This document shows, piece after piece, positions 9,303 to 17,731 of a stretch of 64,000 nt of DNA. Under the pieces are notes generated by a model, which did not search any database, had not been told where the DNA came from, and saw only the letters and a program-made list of their open reading frames with translations. This DNA is from a virus (taxonomy: Duplodnaviria; Caudoviricetes), in the IMG/VR virus record IMGVR_UViG_3300028888_000007, positions 1-64,000 of that record; one strand, 5' to 3'. Position 1 is the stretch's first letter. Every line of letters begins with the position of its first letter. A program made the translations under genes and the position numbers.

Positions 9303-9773
9303 ATGGATCACAACAAAAACATCCACTTGGAAATTGCTAAAGCCCTTCTAGATGAAAGGCAACTTGCACAAAACCTTAGTATGGCTATCTACCATGCTTT
9401 AGATGCCTTAGATGCTCAACTTCAACGTATGGTTCAAGAGAAAATCATTGAATGCGAATGCGATTACAGTGATGAAGAACTCCAGTATATCAAACTCTAC
9501 TGCAAGGATAGGATCAACAAATTAATGGTACTAGCTGGAATCTACACCTTTAATCCCAATGGTTGCTCTGGAGAACAAACCTATAAGTTCATCCAAGAAT
9601 TTACCCAGGTATCCTCGGTAAAAACTAAGACAGGAAACACTGAACATGCTGCTAACTTTAAAAACTACACCCAGGGACAATTTAATAGTCTCACCGATGA
9701 TTCTGAATCTGAAGACTATTATAATGAGAAAGCTTATCATGAATTCACAGCCTCAGGCGGATGCCGAGACTAA
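9303..9773 (+). CDS. Early hypothetical protein
   Basis: ORF track. Confidence 0.8.
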   Translation: MDHNKNIHLEIAKALLDERQLAQNLSMAIYHALDALDAQLQRMVQEKIIECECDYSDEELQYIKLYCKDRINKLMVLAGIYTFNPNGCSGEQTYKFIQEFTQVSSVKTKTGNTEHAANFKNYTQGQFNSLTDDSESEDYYNEKAYHEFTASGGCRD

Positions 9774-9799
9774 TGTATAACTTAATAAAATGTTAAACA

Positions 9800-10108
9800 A
9801 TGGACAGGTACGAATTAATTGATTACCTCGTTAATGAGGATGCTATTACCGAAGAAGCGGTAGAAATGAGTAACCTAGAACTTTTCCAAGAAGCTCTTGA
9901 ATGGAACGGTATCATTGGATATGACCAAGATATCAAAGACTGGATAGAACCTTACTATCAAGAACATTTCTCAAATAATCCAGAAGAACTTAATATCAGC
10001 ATAGACTGGATTAAGAAGAAGTACCATGAACTGGTAGACAAAGGTATTATCAAAGAAAACGAATCCGAACCTGCAGTAGAATATCCTAATGATATCTTCC
10101 TTCCTTAA
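9800..10108 (+). CDS. Early acidic hypothetical protein
   Basis: ORF track; E/D-rich. Confidence 0.8.
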   Translation: MDRYELIDYLVNEDAITEEAVEMSNLELFQEALEWNGIIGYDQDIKDWIEPYYQEHFSNNPEELNISIDWIKKKYHELVDKGIIKENESEPAVEYPNDIFLP

Positions 10109-10186
10109 ACTCTTAATAAAGTACCTGGTAATTAAACCCTACCAGGTACTAATTACAGTATTTCCAGAAAATAAAATCTAAAGAAT

Positions 10187-10552
10187 ATGCGAATAGGACA
10201 TCAAATTTATAACTACCTGAATGATTATACCGACAATGGTAGTTATTCTTTACTTAACCCAGTAGAGTTCATACCTAATTGGCCTGACAATACCATTGTT
10301 TCATACATATCAAGAGTTTACATTAACTGGAAAGAAGACCAAGTCTACTTAATGATAGTGACTAATGATATACCAGATGCTTTAACTATAAATGAATTCC
10401 TAAAGTGGATGGGTGGCCCAACAAAACCACAAAATTACAAACCCCTTTATCAACTTAGGGATCAACTTAAAGATATGGCTAAGAAAAAGTATCAAAGTAT
10501 GAGACGTATGAAAAGTGATATATTTACTCACTATATACGATCAATTAAGTAA
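10187..10552 (+). CDS. Early hypothetical protein
   Basis: ORF track. Confidence 0.75.
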   Translation: MRIGHQIYNYLNDYTDNGSYSLLNPVEFIPNWPDNTIVSYISRVYINWKEDQVYLMIVTNDIPDALTINEFLKWMGGPTKPQNYKPLYQLRDQLKDMAKKKYQSMRRMKSDIFTHYIRSIK

Positions 10553-10590
10553 TTCACAATAAACAAGTAATATCTTAAGCGGACACGTAT

Positions 10591-10812
10591 ATGAAAATCG
10601 AGAAAATATGCCCACATTGCCACAAACTTCAGACTCTTGAGGTTGATGATAGCCAATATTATGACTGGATGGCCGGCAAAAATATCCAGATAGCCTTTCC
10701 AAATCTATCTGCTGACCAAAGGGAGATCCTTATGTCAGGAATATGCCCAGAATGCTGGGAAGATATATTCGGAGAAGACGAAGATATCCAAGAAGAATCA
10801 GAGTACAACTAA
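10591..10812 (+). CDS. Small putative zinc-ribbon protein
   Basis: CPHC...CPEC pairs. Confidence 0.7.
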   Translation: MKIEKICPHCHKLQTLEVDDSQYYDWMAGKNIQIAFPNLSADQREILMSGICPECWEDIFGEDEDIQEESEYN

Positions 10813-10850
10813 CCTCAACCCAAGAAAATATTATTTTATACCATATTTTA

Positions 10851-10882
10851 TTTGCATAATTAAAAATAATTTTGTAATTTTG
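10851..10882 (+). promoter_or_regulatory. Bacteroidota sigma-A-type promoter
   Basis: Core identical to 8477-8508. Confidence 0.9.
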
Positions 10883-10904
10883 CAGTATTAAAATATGGTA
10901 TAAT

Positions 10905-10923
10905 TAACGGAGGCCAACCTCCA
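10905..10923 (+). repeat. Early-gene hairpin element, short variant
   Basis: TAAC-GGAGG-ccaa-CCTCC-A. Confidence 0.65.
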
Positions 10924-10952
10924 CAACATTAACAAACAAAACATTAAGAGTT

Positions 10953-11282
10953 ATGACACAGAAAGAACTCCTTGCTAAATGCACAGAAAGAGATCAGGCT
11001 TTCTACGATTTCTTTCACAGGGATCTGGACATCAAATCATTCACAGAATTGATAGACCCAGATCAAGTCCATTACACTTCATTGGTTGACTATCACTTGG
11101 TAGCTACTAGAACTGCGGTTTATTTACACAATTTTACTCTCGAGGCTAGGTACAAAGAAGATGCCTATAACTTCTACAAATATTTACGGGATAACATCTT
11201 CGAACCAGGTACTATTACTGACTACTGCATCTCACAGGTATCAGATCAGGACTTTTATATACTTACTATAACCGTTAACTAA
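10953..11282 (+). CDS. Early hypothetical protein
   Basis: ORF track. Confidence 0.8.
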   Translation: MTQKELLAKCTERDQAFYDFFHRDLDIKSFTELIDPDQVHYTSLVDYHLVATRTAVYLHNFTLEARYKEDAYNFYKYLRDNIFEPGTITDYCISQVSDQDFYILTITVN

Positions 11283-11283
11283 T

Positions 11284-11565
11284 ATGACTAAAAGAACTAA
11301 AGAAAATCTGGGCTTCTTCCTCTTAGGAGGAGCCCTTTCCTTCCTCTTTTGCGAATGGACTATCCTAGAAAGAGGGACTAAAATTGAACAACAAGCCGAG
11401 ATTATCAATGCCTACGATCAATATTGGCATACCGTAGAAGATCAAGATATGCTGCAAGTTGCAGATACAGATGATGAAACTCTAGTAAACTACGAAAAGG
11501 TCAGAGAGAACCTCGTAAAAATCACTAACTGGTACGAATCAAATCCTAATCACATTCATAAATAA
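11284..11565 (+). CDS. Hypothetical protein with N-terminal hydrophobic segment
   Basis: LGFFLLGGALSFLF. Confidence 0.7.
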   Translation: MTKRTKENLGFFLLGGALSFLFCEWTILERGTKIEQQAEIINAYDQYWHTVEDQDMLQVADTDDETLVNYEKVRENLVKITNWYESNPNHIHK

Positions 11566-11572
11566 TATCAAT

Positions 11573-11911
11573 ATGGAAACTCAAGGAACAACTTATTCAC
11601 TAGAGAAAGCAACTCTTATTATACCAGATGGAACTGTCCAAGAAATCATTCCAAAGACAAAGACGTTCACCTATGCAGCTATCCAAAGCTACATTAGGAC
11701 TGGATGCCTCATTCAACCTATTATCCTTAGGTACTGGACTAATCACAAAGACTTCAAGAAAATGAACCTCCTTTGCGACGAAGAAGGTATGATCAATGGC
11801 TCTAAGATGAACAAAAAAGCCTCTGAACTCTTAAAATCAATCCTGGGACCTAATGCTCAGGACTTATACGGAAATGTAATCTTCTTACCTAACAAATTAT
11901 TCAGACTATGA
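11573..11911 (+). CDS. DUF3846-like protein
   Basis: LLCDEEG...NKKAS...LYGNVIFL pattern. Confidence 0.6.
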   Translation: METQGTTYSLEKATLIIPDGTVQEIIPKTKTFTYAAIQSYIRTGCLIQPIILRYWTNHKDFKKMNLLCDEEGMINGSKMNKKASELLKSILGPNAQDLYGNVIFLPNKLFRL

Positions 11912-12366
11912 CAATCGGACAATTTATAGAGACTGAGGCTTATGTTAAAAGCCTCATCTCCATTCCAATCACCTACTTAGTATTTGGTGGACAAGGCTCA
12001 GTATACGTATCAAAACTCGAATACTGCCCAGCTAGGAAACAAGTAAAACTACTATCTGAACCAAAAGAAACTTATCAAGGTCCAGTTACAGTAAGAAACC
12101 TAGTTATCCTCCCAAATGATACCGAGATCCTCATAGAGGGATATCCTGGAGATGATACTACACCATTACAATGGGTAACTCCAGACCGTGTAGAATATCA
12201 TGATGATGGTTCTATAGATTTCCAAAGACTTCTCTCAGATGAGGAACATAAAATCCTATTTGATGCCAGCGAAGAACTCTACGGGATCATGGAGACATTA
12301 AAGAATCATGATATACCTGACGAAGAGATCAAGAAAATATTCACAACAGTAATCAAAGACATATAA
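11908..12366 (+). CDS. Early hypothetical protein
   Basis: ORF track; ATGA overlap. Confidence 0.75.
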   Translation: MTIGQFIETEAYVKSLISIPITYLVFGGQGSVYVSKLEYCPARKQVKLLSEPKETYQGPVTVRNLVILPNDTEILIEGYPGDDTTPLQWVTPDRVEYHDDGSIDFQRLLSDEEHKILFDASEELYGIMETLKNHDIPDEEIKKIFTTVIKDI

Positions 12367-12367
12367 T

Positions 12368-12526
12368 ATGCGAATCACTAGAGAAGACTACAAGGCATAC
12401 CTAAAAGAATTCCACAGATATGGAGTAGTAGAGGGTCTAACCAATATTTTTATCCAACGACATGAAGGTGATATTTCTAAAGCTTTTAAGGAAACGAATA
12501 TCAAAGCCATCGAATTAGATGATTAA
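12368..12526 (+). CDS. Small hypothetical protein (52 aa, below track cut-off)
   Basis: MRITREDYKAYLKEFHRYG...AIELDD, starts 1 nt after the previous stop. Confidence 0.6.
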   Translation: MRITREDYKAYLKEFHRYGVVEGLTNIFIQRHEGDISKAFKETNIKAIELDD

Positions 12527-12557
12527 CCAACCATTCAGGTAATATTATTAGCTCACT

Positions 12558-12608
12558 AGGTACAGCTTGGCCCATTTTAATAACTAAAATCCCAAGCTGT
12601 ACCTTTTT
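12558..12608 (+). terminator. Intrinsic terminator
   Basis: AGGTACAGCTTGG/CCAAGCTGTACCT 13-bp stem plus T run. Confidence 0.75.
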
Positions 12609-12699
12609 CCTGTCTAAACTCCAAAACCTATGGGTTCTACTATGGTTCTTACCTGCCATCTTACTTACCTCACTATTTTAAAAATTATATATAAAAATA

Positions 12700-12731
12700 T
12701 TTGCTGGTTTAAAATAATTTTTGTACCTTTG
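12700..12731 (+). promoter_or_regulatory. Bacteroidota sigma-A-type promoter
   Basis: TTTG-N20-TACCTTTG. Confidence 0.85.
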
Positions 12732-12791
12732 CAGAAATAAAAATAATGTATTAATTATTAACCGGCCACCGGCCACAAACATTCAAACATT

Positions 12792-13136
12792 ATGCAAACA
12801 ATCAACATTAACACCAACCTCTTCCAGGTTCTCAATGCAATTCAACATTGCCTTATTTCCAATGATACAGGCGATGCAGTTTACCAACTCACCCAATTCC
12901 ATCAATCCTACGATGACGAATCCTATATAACGGTACTTACATGGGGCATCAACCAACATCAGGAGGTCGATCTCGGAGAACTATCTAGAATTATTGCCGA
13001 ATACCTTCCACAGGACTTACAGGAACCATTCATCAAGGAAGAACACCTATTCCTAACCAATGGTCAGGACTCTCTTGCCATTCACTTTAACGATGCTACA
13101 ATCACATTAATCCTTCACTGCACCGGTCAATATTAA
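12792..13136 (+). CDS. Small acidic early protein
   Basis: 114 aa with only 1 Lys and 1 Arg. Confidence 0.75.
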   Translation: MQTININTNLFQVLNAIQHCLISNDTGDAVYQLTQFHQSYDDESYITVLTWGINQHQEVDLGELSRIIAEYLPQDLQEPFIKEEHLFLTNGQDSLAIHFNDATITLILHCTGQY

Positions 13137-13138
13137 AT

Positions 13139-13167
13139 CAAAGATAACGGAGGTCCAACCAACCTCA
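13139..13167 (+). repeat. Early-gene hairpin element
   Basis: CAAAGATAAC-G-GAGGT-ccaacca-ACCTC. Confidence 0.8.
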
Positions 13168-13196
13168 CTAACATTAACATTTAAACATCAAACATT

Positions 13197-13535
13197 ATGA
13201 TTATGAACAACAAAACAAATGGTTTCTCAACCAACAATGGAGTTTATCCTACAGTATTAATCACAGATGATCTCTGCGATTGCCAACCCAGCGGAGAGAA
13301 CAGATCCTACACCTACATTGATCACTCAGACGATGAGGACTGGCTCGATGAACATGATGACAATGGTGCTGAATACCAAATCCCAGATCGGGCTGCCTTT
13401 TACCAACTAATGGACGACATCTGCATGGCTATCCACAATGCCATAGATGGATATGAACCGGGAGATGACACTACCTGCGATGTACAGAATGCTATCTATC
13501 TTCTTAACGATATGCGTTCATTCGATCTCTTATAA
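13197..13535 (+). CDS. Small highly acidic early protein
   Basis: About 19 Asp + 5 Glu versus 1 Lys + 3 Arg by manual count. Confidence 0.75.
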   Translation: MIMNNKTNGFSTNNGVYPTVLITDDLCDCQPSGENRSYTYIDHSDDEDWLDEHDDNGAEYQIPDRAAFYQLMDDICMAIHNAIDGYEPGDDTTCDVQNAIYLLNDMRSFDLL

Positions 13536-13537
13536 TT

Positions 13538-13572
13538 CAAAGGTAACGGAGGAGCTAACCACTCCTCCACTT
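13538..13572 (+). repeat. Early-gene hairpin element
   Basis: CAAAGGTAAC-GGAGGAG-ctaacca-CTCCTCC-ACTT. Confidence 0.9.
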
Positions 13573-13586
13573 AAAACAATAAAACA

Positions 13587-14006
13587 ATGGAACTTATCAA
13601 CATTTCGATCAATTTAAACGAGGATCAATCATTATTTGACTACCTATCACAGGCTCTCGGTGAATTCACATCAATATGGAGACATATCAAACCAATAGGT
13701 CATCACTCTCAGGATTACAAAGACGAAAGCTGTTGGGACCTTATAACCATACCTATTTACACAGGGTACGGAACTTTCTACAATCTAGAGAACATTGAGG
13801 ATGACCATAAGAAAGAAGAAGCCTATAAAACAGCAGACAACTGCTTAACGGACTTCTTACACATATTCACTGGAAGAGATGACATACCTATCAAGGAAAA
13901 TATGTCAATCAACCTAACATCAGATACATCATATAGAGAACTCATAAATATCACTACATCTGATGACCTCATTCACATATATTACATTAACTCCGGGGAA
14001 TGGTAA
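13587..14006 (+). CDS. Acidic early protein
   Basis: ORF track. Confidence 0.75.
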   Translation: MELINISINLNEDQSLFDYLSQALGEFTSIWRHIKPIGHHSQDYKDESCWDLITIPIYTGYGTFYNLENIEDDHKKEEAYKTADNCLTDFLHIFTGRDDIPIKENMSINLTSDTSYRELINITTSDDLIHIYYINSGEW

Positions 14007-14036
14007 TAACCTTCCCCACTTAATACCCATACAGCT

Positions 14037-14453
14037 ATGAAAGCAAAGTACATCGACAAAACATTCCCAATCACACTCCAGGACCTTATAGATCTGGCTA
14101 AATCAGAAAACCTAGATCCAAAGGATCTGAAGTTAATCATGAACAGTAATTCAGCTGACCTATCATCATACGTACAATGTGCCATACTAAATCGGGATCA
14201 AGGCAATACCTCTATCGAACTATATACCTCAGCTGAAGATGGCTTTCACGAAGACCTATCCTTAAAAACAAAACCAAAATCACCAATGAAACAAGGTAAA
14301 ATACATCAAGCCGAAGAATATCTCCAAGAGATAAAGAACCTAGTAGAGAACCCAGAGGTACATATCACTACTGATTTCGATCTCGATAGCCTATCAAAGG
14401 CTACAGGTTACATCAAAGCTTTCATCCAAAAACAAACAAATAATAACAAATAA
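14037..14453 (+). CDS. Early hypothetical protein
   Basis: ORF track. Confidence 0.75.
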   Translation: MKAKYIDKTFPITLQDLIDLAKSENLDPKDLKLIMNSNSADLSSYVQCAILNRDQGNTSIELYTSAEDGFHEDLSLKTKPKSPMKQGKIHQAEEYLQEIKNLVENPEVHITTDFDLDSLSKATGYIKAFIQKQTNNNK

Positions 14454-14459
14454 CATAAC

Positions 14460-15160
14460 CCCAAAGCCATTATATATACTATATATATAACTAATATAAT
14501 ATACTGGCTTTGGGCTTTATAGTGTTACCTTATTCCTAATACCTACATTTTATCTTACAATATAGCTGATCTATACTCTAAAGCTAAATTCGATCTAAGC
14601 TAATACCTTCAGGGGGTTGGGGATTTCGATACCTCGAGGTACCTAATGGGTGGGAGGGGATACTATGCCCCACAAGGCCCCAAGACGATACTAGCAAGAC
14701 TACCCCTGGGCTTATCTACGCTATAGCTTATCTACGTTCCAGATATATAGCTAAATGGCCAGATTTATATTTACCTAATAAAGCCTAAATCCTAAGCCAG
14801 TTGGCCCCAATATATTGCATATTATATATAATATAATAAGTAGTAAAGGGGCCCCAAGGGGCATAGGATTTAGGGATAAAAGGCCCCTATAATATATACC
14901 TAAAGGCAACCATATAGGTAATATGGTAAGCAGACTAAGTGTACCTTTTAGGCCCCAAACTTACCTGGAATCATAGTAACAGGCTAATTAACAAACCATA
15001 TAAATACTAGTAAAACTAAAACAAAACTCTAGATTTAAATCTAACTAACCAACAGGCCCGTCCATATTCAGTCACTTAGACATCTGGCCACATTCTACCA
15101 TATTCATGGCTATTTGTGAAAGTCTGGCCCCAATGAGGTTGAGAAATAGGGCCCATAGGA
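14460..15160. repeat. Non-coding block rich in GGCC(CC) motifs, TA runs and short direct repeats
   Basis: No ORF; about 10 GGCC copies; CCCAAAGCCA/TGGCTTTGGG stem; GCTTATCTACG twice. Confidence 0.65.
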
Positions 15161-15194
15161 GCTCAAATTATTTTAAAAATTAGATATAAAAATA

Positions 15195-15226
15195 TTTGCG
15201 TATTTAAAATATTTTTTGTAATTTTG
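15195..15226 (+). promoter_or_regulatory. Bacteroidota sigma-A-type promoter
   Basis: TTTG-N20-TAATTTTG. Confidence 0.85.
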
Positions 15227-15299
15227 CATCTATAAAATATGGGTATAAATAATGCAGGGCCGACCCACTTGCCTATTACAAACTTAAATAACAAACATT

Positions 15300-15869
15300 A
15301 TGCACAACAACATCATTCAAACTCACATTGCAAACAACAACATTGCAATCATTGCCTGCTTTACCGGAGAATACTGCATGGCTAACTTTAATTACTGCTC
15401 AGAGGACGGTCCTAACTTCCCAAATGACCCTGCTTGGGTTAACTTAAAAACAGACAAAGACTGGGAAACTCTTGGTTCCCTACTACATGACCAAGGCTGG
15501 GACTGCATCGTTGCTATTCCTAATGATCAACTGCAATCCTACTTCGATCAAATCATGGAACAGGTAAACAAAACCTTCGAATATGCCTTCTCTCACAACG
15601 GACATCTCGGAGATGACACCTTCTATGATTACCTCCCAGATGCTGGCTTTATGCTCGGACAAATTGCTGCACATATCGCTATTCAATCCCATGCTACTCA
15701 AAATTGCCTACAAACTTGGGAACAACTCCTAAAACCTATGACAGACTTAGTTGCTAAATACGATGCTACTTACCATGAAGACGAAACTCTTGCCGATCAA
15801 ATCGATTACTCATCTCTGATCGAGGGACTTATCCTTCCTTTCACTGCAATCGATTCCACTAAACAATAA
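15300..15869 (+). CDS. Acidic early protein lacking arginine
   Basis: 189 aa with 0 Arg and 6 Lys. Confidence 0.75.
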   Translation: MHNNIIQTHIANNNIAIIACFTGEYCMANFNYCSEDGPNFPNDPAWVNLKTDKDWETLGSLLHDQGWDCIVAIPNDQLQSYFDQIMEQVNKTFEYAFSHNGHLGDDTFYDYLPDAGFMLGQIAAHIAIQSHATQNCLQTWEQLLKPMTDLVAKYDATYHEDETLADQIDYSSLIEGLILPFTAIDSTKQ

Positions 15870-15871
15870 TT

Positions 15872-15906
15872 CAAAGGTAACGGGAGGTCTAACCAACCTC
15901 CCACTT
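15872..15906 (+). repeat. Early-gene hairpin element
   Basis: CAAAGGTAAC-GGGAGGT-ctaacca-ACCTCCC-ACTT. Confidence 0.9.
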
Positions 15907-15921
15907 AAATACATTACAACA

Positions 15922-16347
15922 ATGAAAACAAAATCATTCATTATCCCACAGGGAACAATCAAGGACGTTAACAACGATGATAACTATATTCCTAACGAAG
16001 TAGTTTACACTATCATTGCCTTCAAGGATTCCATTAACCTAGAGGACAGTGACATTAATGGCTTTCCTAGACTCGATCTTAGTTTCCCTAACGGCTTTCC
16101 AAAAGGTATCAAACTTATCCAGGTCGAGGACCTTATCCATGACCTTAACTGGGAAACTAATGACCTAGAGGTTGACCAACATTTTAGGCTTACCTTTGAC
16201 CCAGAGCTTATATCGGAATCAGAGGTCCAATCCTTTGTTCAAGACGAACTTGAAATACTTGGAGACCCAGAGTTCACAGACGGTGCTTCTGCCAGGATCG
16301 TAGAACCTTTCGGTTACATTGACTTCTATATTTCTATACCATTCTAA
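15922..16347 (+). CDS. Acidic early protein
   Basis: ORF track; D/E-rich. Confidence 0.75.
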   Translation: MKTKSFIIPQGTIKDVNNDDNYIPNEVVYTIIAFKDSINLEDSDINGFPRLDLSFPNGFPKGIKLIQVEDLIHDLNWETNDLEVDQHFRLTFDPELISESEVQSFVQDELEILGDPEFTDGASARIVEPFGYIDFYISIPF

Positions 16348-16350
16348 TTA

Positions 16351-16384
16351 CAAAGGTAACGGAGGGACTAACCATCCCTCCCTT
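16351..16384 (+). repeat. Early-gene hairpin element
   Basis: CAAAGGTAAC-GGAGGGA-ctaacca-TCCCTCC-CTT. Confidence 0.9.
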
Positions 16385-16402
16385 AATAAAACTGTTAAAC
16401 AT

Positions 16403-16573
16403 ATGATCACAATCACTTACGAATGGCAAGATCCCATCACCTTGATCCAGGTTCCTTATACACATACTGAACCTACTCTTGACAAGGCTACCAAATTTCT
16501 CAAGGCCTTACTTTACTCGGCTATCATCGACAATCATCAATATTCACATCTTACAATCACAAAACATTCATAA
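16403..16573 (+). CDS. Small early protein (start revised to the ATG after the hairpin)
   Basis: In frame with track ORF 16319..16573; MITITYEWQDP... Confidence 0.6.
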   Translation: MITITYEWQDPITLIQVPYTHTEPTLDKATKFLKALLYSAIIDNHQYSHLTITKHS

Positions 16574-16575
16574 CT

Positions 16576-16863
16576 ATGAAAACAAAATCACTTAATTGCC
16601 TTATTACTTACATAGATACTTGCTTAGACGAGGCTGTCTCTACCTATATGCCAGATGATCTAGAAAAGTTTAAACTTGACATTCTAGCTACTGTAAATAA
16701 ATATCCAACTGCTGATAATATATACATAGACCTTTATCAAGGCCACTATATTATCGAAGTAGACGATGATGAATACATGGAACCTGGAGACTGTGGCTTT
16801 GGCTTTATCTCTTTACTTATAAACGAAAATCACTGTACTACATTTAATATATTCTATCAATAA
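16576..16863 (+). CDS. Acidic early protein
   Basis: ORF track. Confidence 0.7.
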   Translation: MKTKSLNCLITYIDTCLDEAVSTYMPDDLEKFKLDILATVNKYPTADNIYIDLYQGHYIIEVDDDEYMEPGDCGFGFISLLINENHCTTFNIFYQ

Positions 16864-16879
16864 CCTATTATATTGCCTG

Positions 16880-17240
16880 GGTTTCCAATCTAGAGGCCCA
16901 GGCTTTATTGTGTCCACTATCTATACCAGTAATATTAATAGCTAGCCACTGAGCTTATTACCGCCCCAACCTACAGACTTTCCATATAGCTTACTCCAAG
17001 CTTACCCCAAGGCTAATCTTAGATCCAGCCTTATTTTGTACCTGGCTAATCCCTGTGGCCAATATTGAGGCCCTAATATTTGACCATCTGGCCCCAATGG
17101 TTATAGAAAAGGCCCAAAGTTTCTGGCAATTAGAAAAGGCCCAAAGGAGTTATGGATTTAGCTAATCTGGCCTCAAATCTTAAATTAAAAGAACTGGCCC
17201 ACTATTCAGGTAATATGTTAAGCGGACCACGCCCGGGGTT
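16880..17240. repeat. Second non-coding GGCC-rich block
   Basis: About 8 GGCC copies; AAAAGGCCCAAAG twice; TCTGGCCCCAATG shared with the 15124 region. Confidence 0.6.
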
Positions 17241-17312
17241 GGGAACCGTGGATTTTATATTGCAAAAATAAAAAAAAATTTATAAATTTTCAGATATAAA
17301 TAAAAAAAAAGA

Positions 17313-17330
17313 GGGTGCAAATTTGCACCC
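17313..17330. repeat. GGTGCAAATTTGCACC palindrome copy 1 (likely minus-strand terminator)
   Basis: Palindrome preceded by an A run, downstream of the minus-strand ORF. Confidence 0.8.
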
Positions 17331-17348
17331 CTTTAAATACATTAAATT

Positions 17349-17543
17349 TTAGTCATCCCACCCCATCCTATTATTTCTATTTAATTGATTACATACTTTC
17401 AAATATACATCTATATAATCTTTTTCTTTACTACTTATATGAGACATGCCAAAATTTAAAATGATACCTAATCTCTCAATTTCTTTAATAGATAAATTTA
17501 AAATAATTTTTTCCATAATTTTTAATTTTAAATTGTTAAACAT
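17349..17543 (-). CDS. Small hypothetical protein
   Basis: ORF track; own promoter at 17562-17593. Confidence 0.55.
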   Translation of the reverse strand: MFNNLKLKIMEKIILNLSIKEIERLGIILNFGMSHISSKEKDYIDVYLKVCNQLNRNNRMGWDD

Positions 17544-17561
17544 TAATTTTTAATGGTGTTG

Positions 17562-17593
17562 CAAAGGTACAAACTATTTTTTATATTTGCAAG
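17562..17593 (-). promoter_or_regulatory. Bacteroidota sigma-A-type promoter
   Basis: Minus strand CTTG-N20-TACCTTTG. Confidence 0.75.
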
Positions 17594-17681
17594 AAAAAAT
17601 AAAAATAATTTAGAAAAATATTATTTAATTGATTTAAATCAAGAAAAGATATTTTTTTTTAAAAATTTTCTCAAAAATATT

Positions 17682-17711
17682 TTTGTAAATAAAAAATTAT
17701 TCGTACCTTTG
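17682..17711 (+). promoter_or_regulatory. Bacteroidota sigma-A-type promoter
   Basis: TTTG-N18-TACCTTTG. Confidence 0.7.
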
Positions 17712-17731
17712 CATCGTGTTTAAAACACAAG

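Noticed and set aside
15254-15272. Additional copy of the early hairpin element
   Set aside because: A 5-bp stem is possible but it lacks the AAAGGTAAC leader and CTAACCA loop, so it is not counted
13139-16384. Hairpin repeats as a CRISPR array or integron attC sites
   Set aside because: They are separated by whole genes, not 30-40 nt spacers; no cas genes; no RYYYAAC...GTTRRRY attC ends and no adjacent integron integrase
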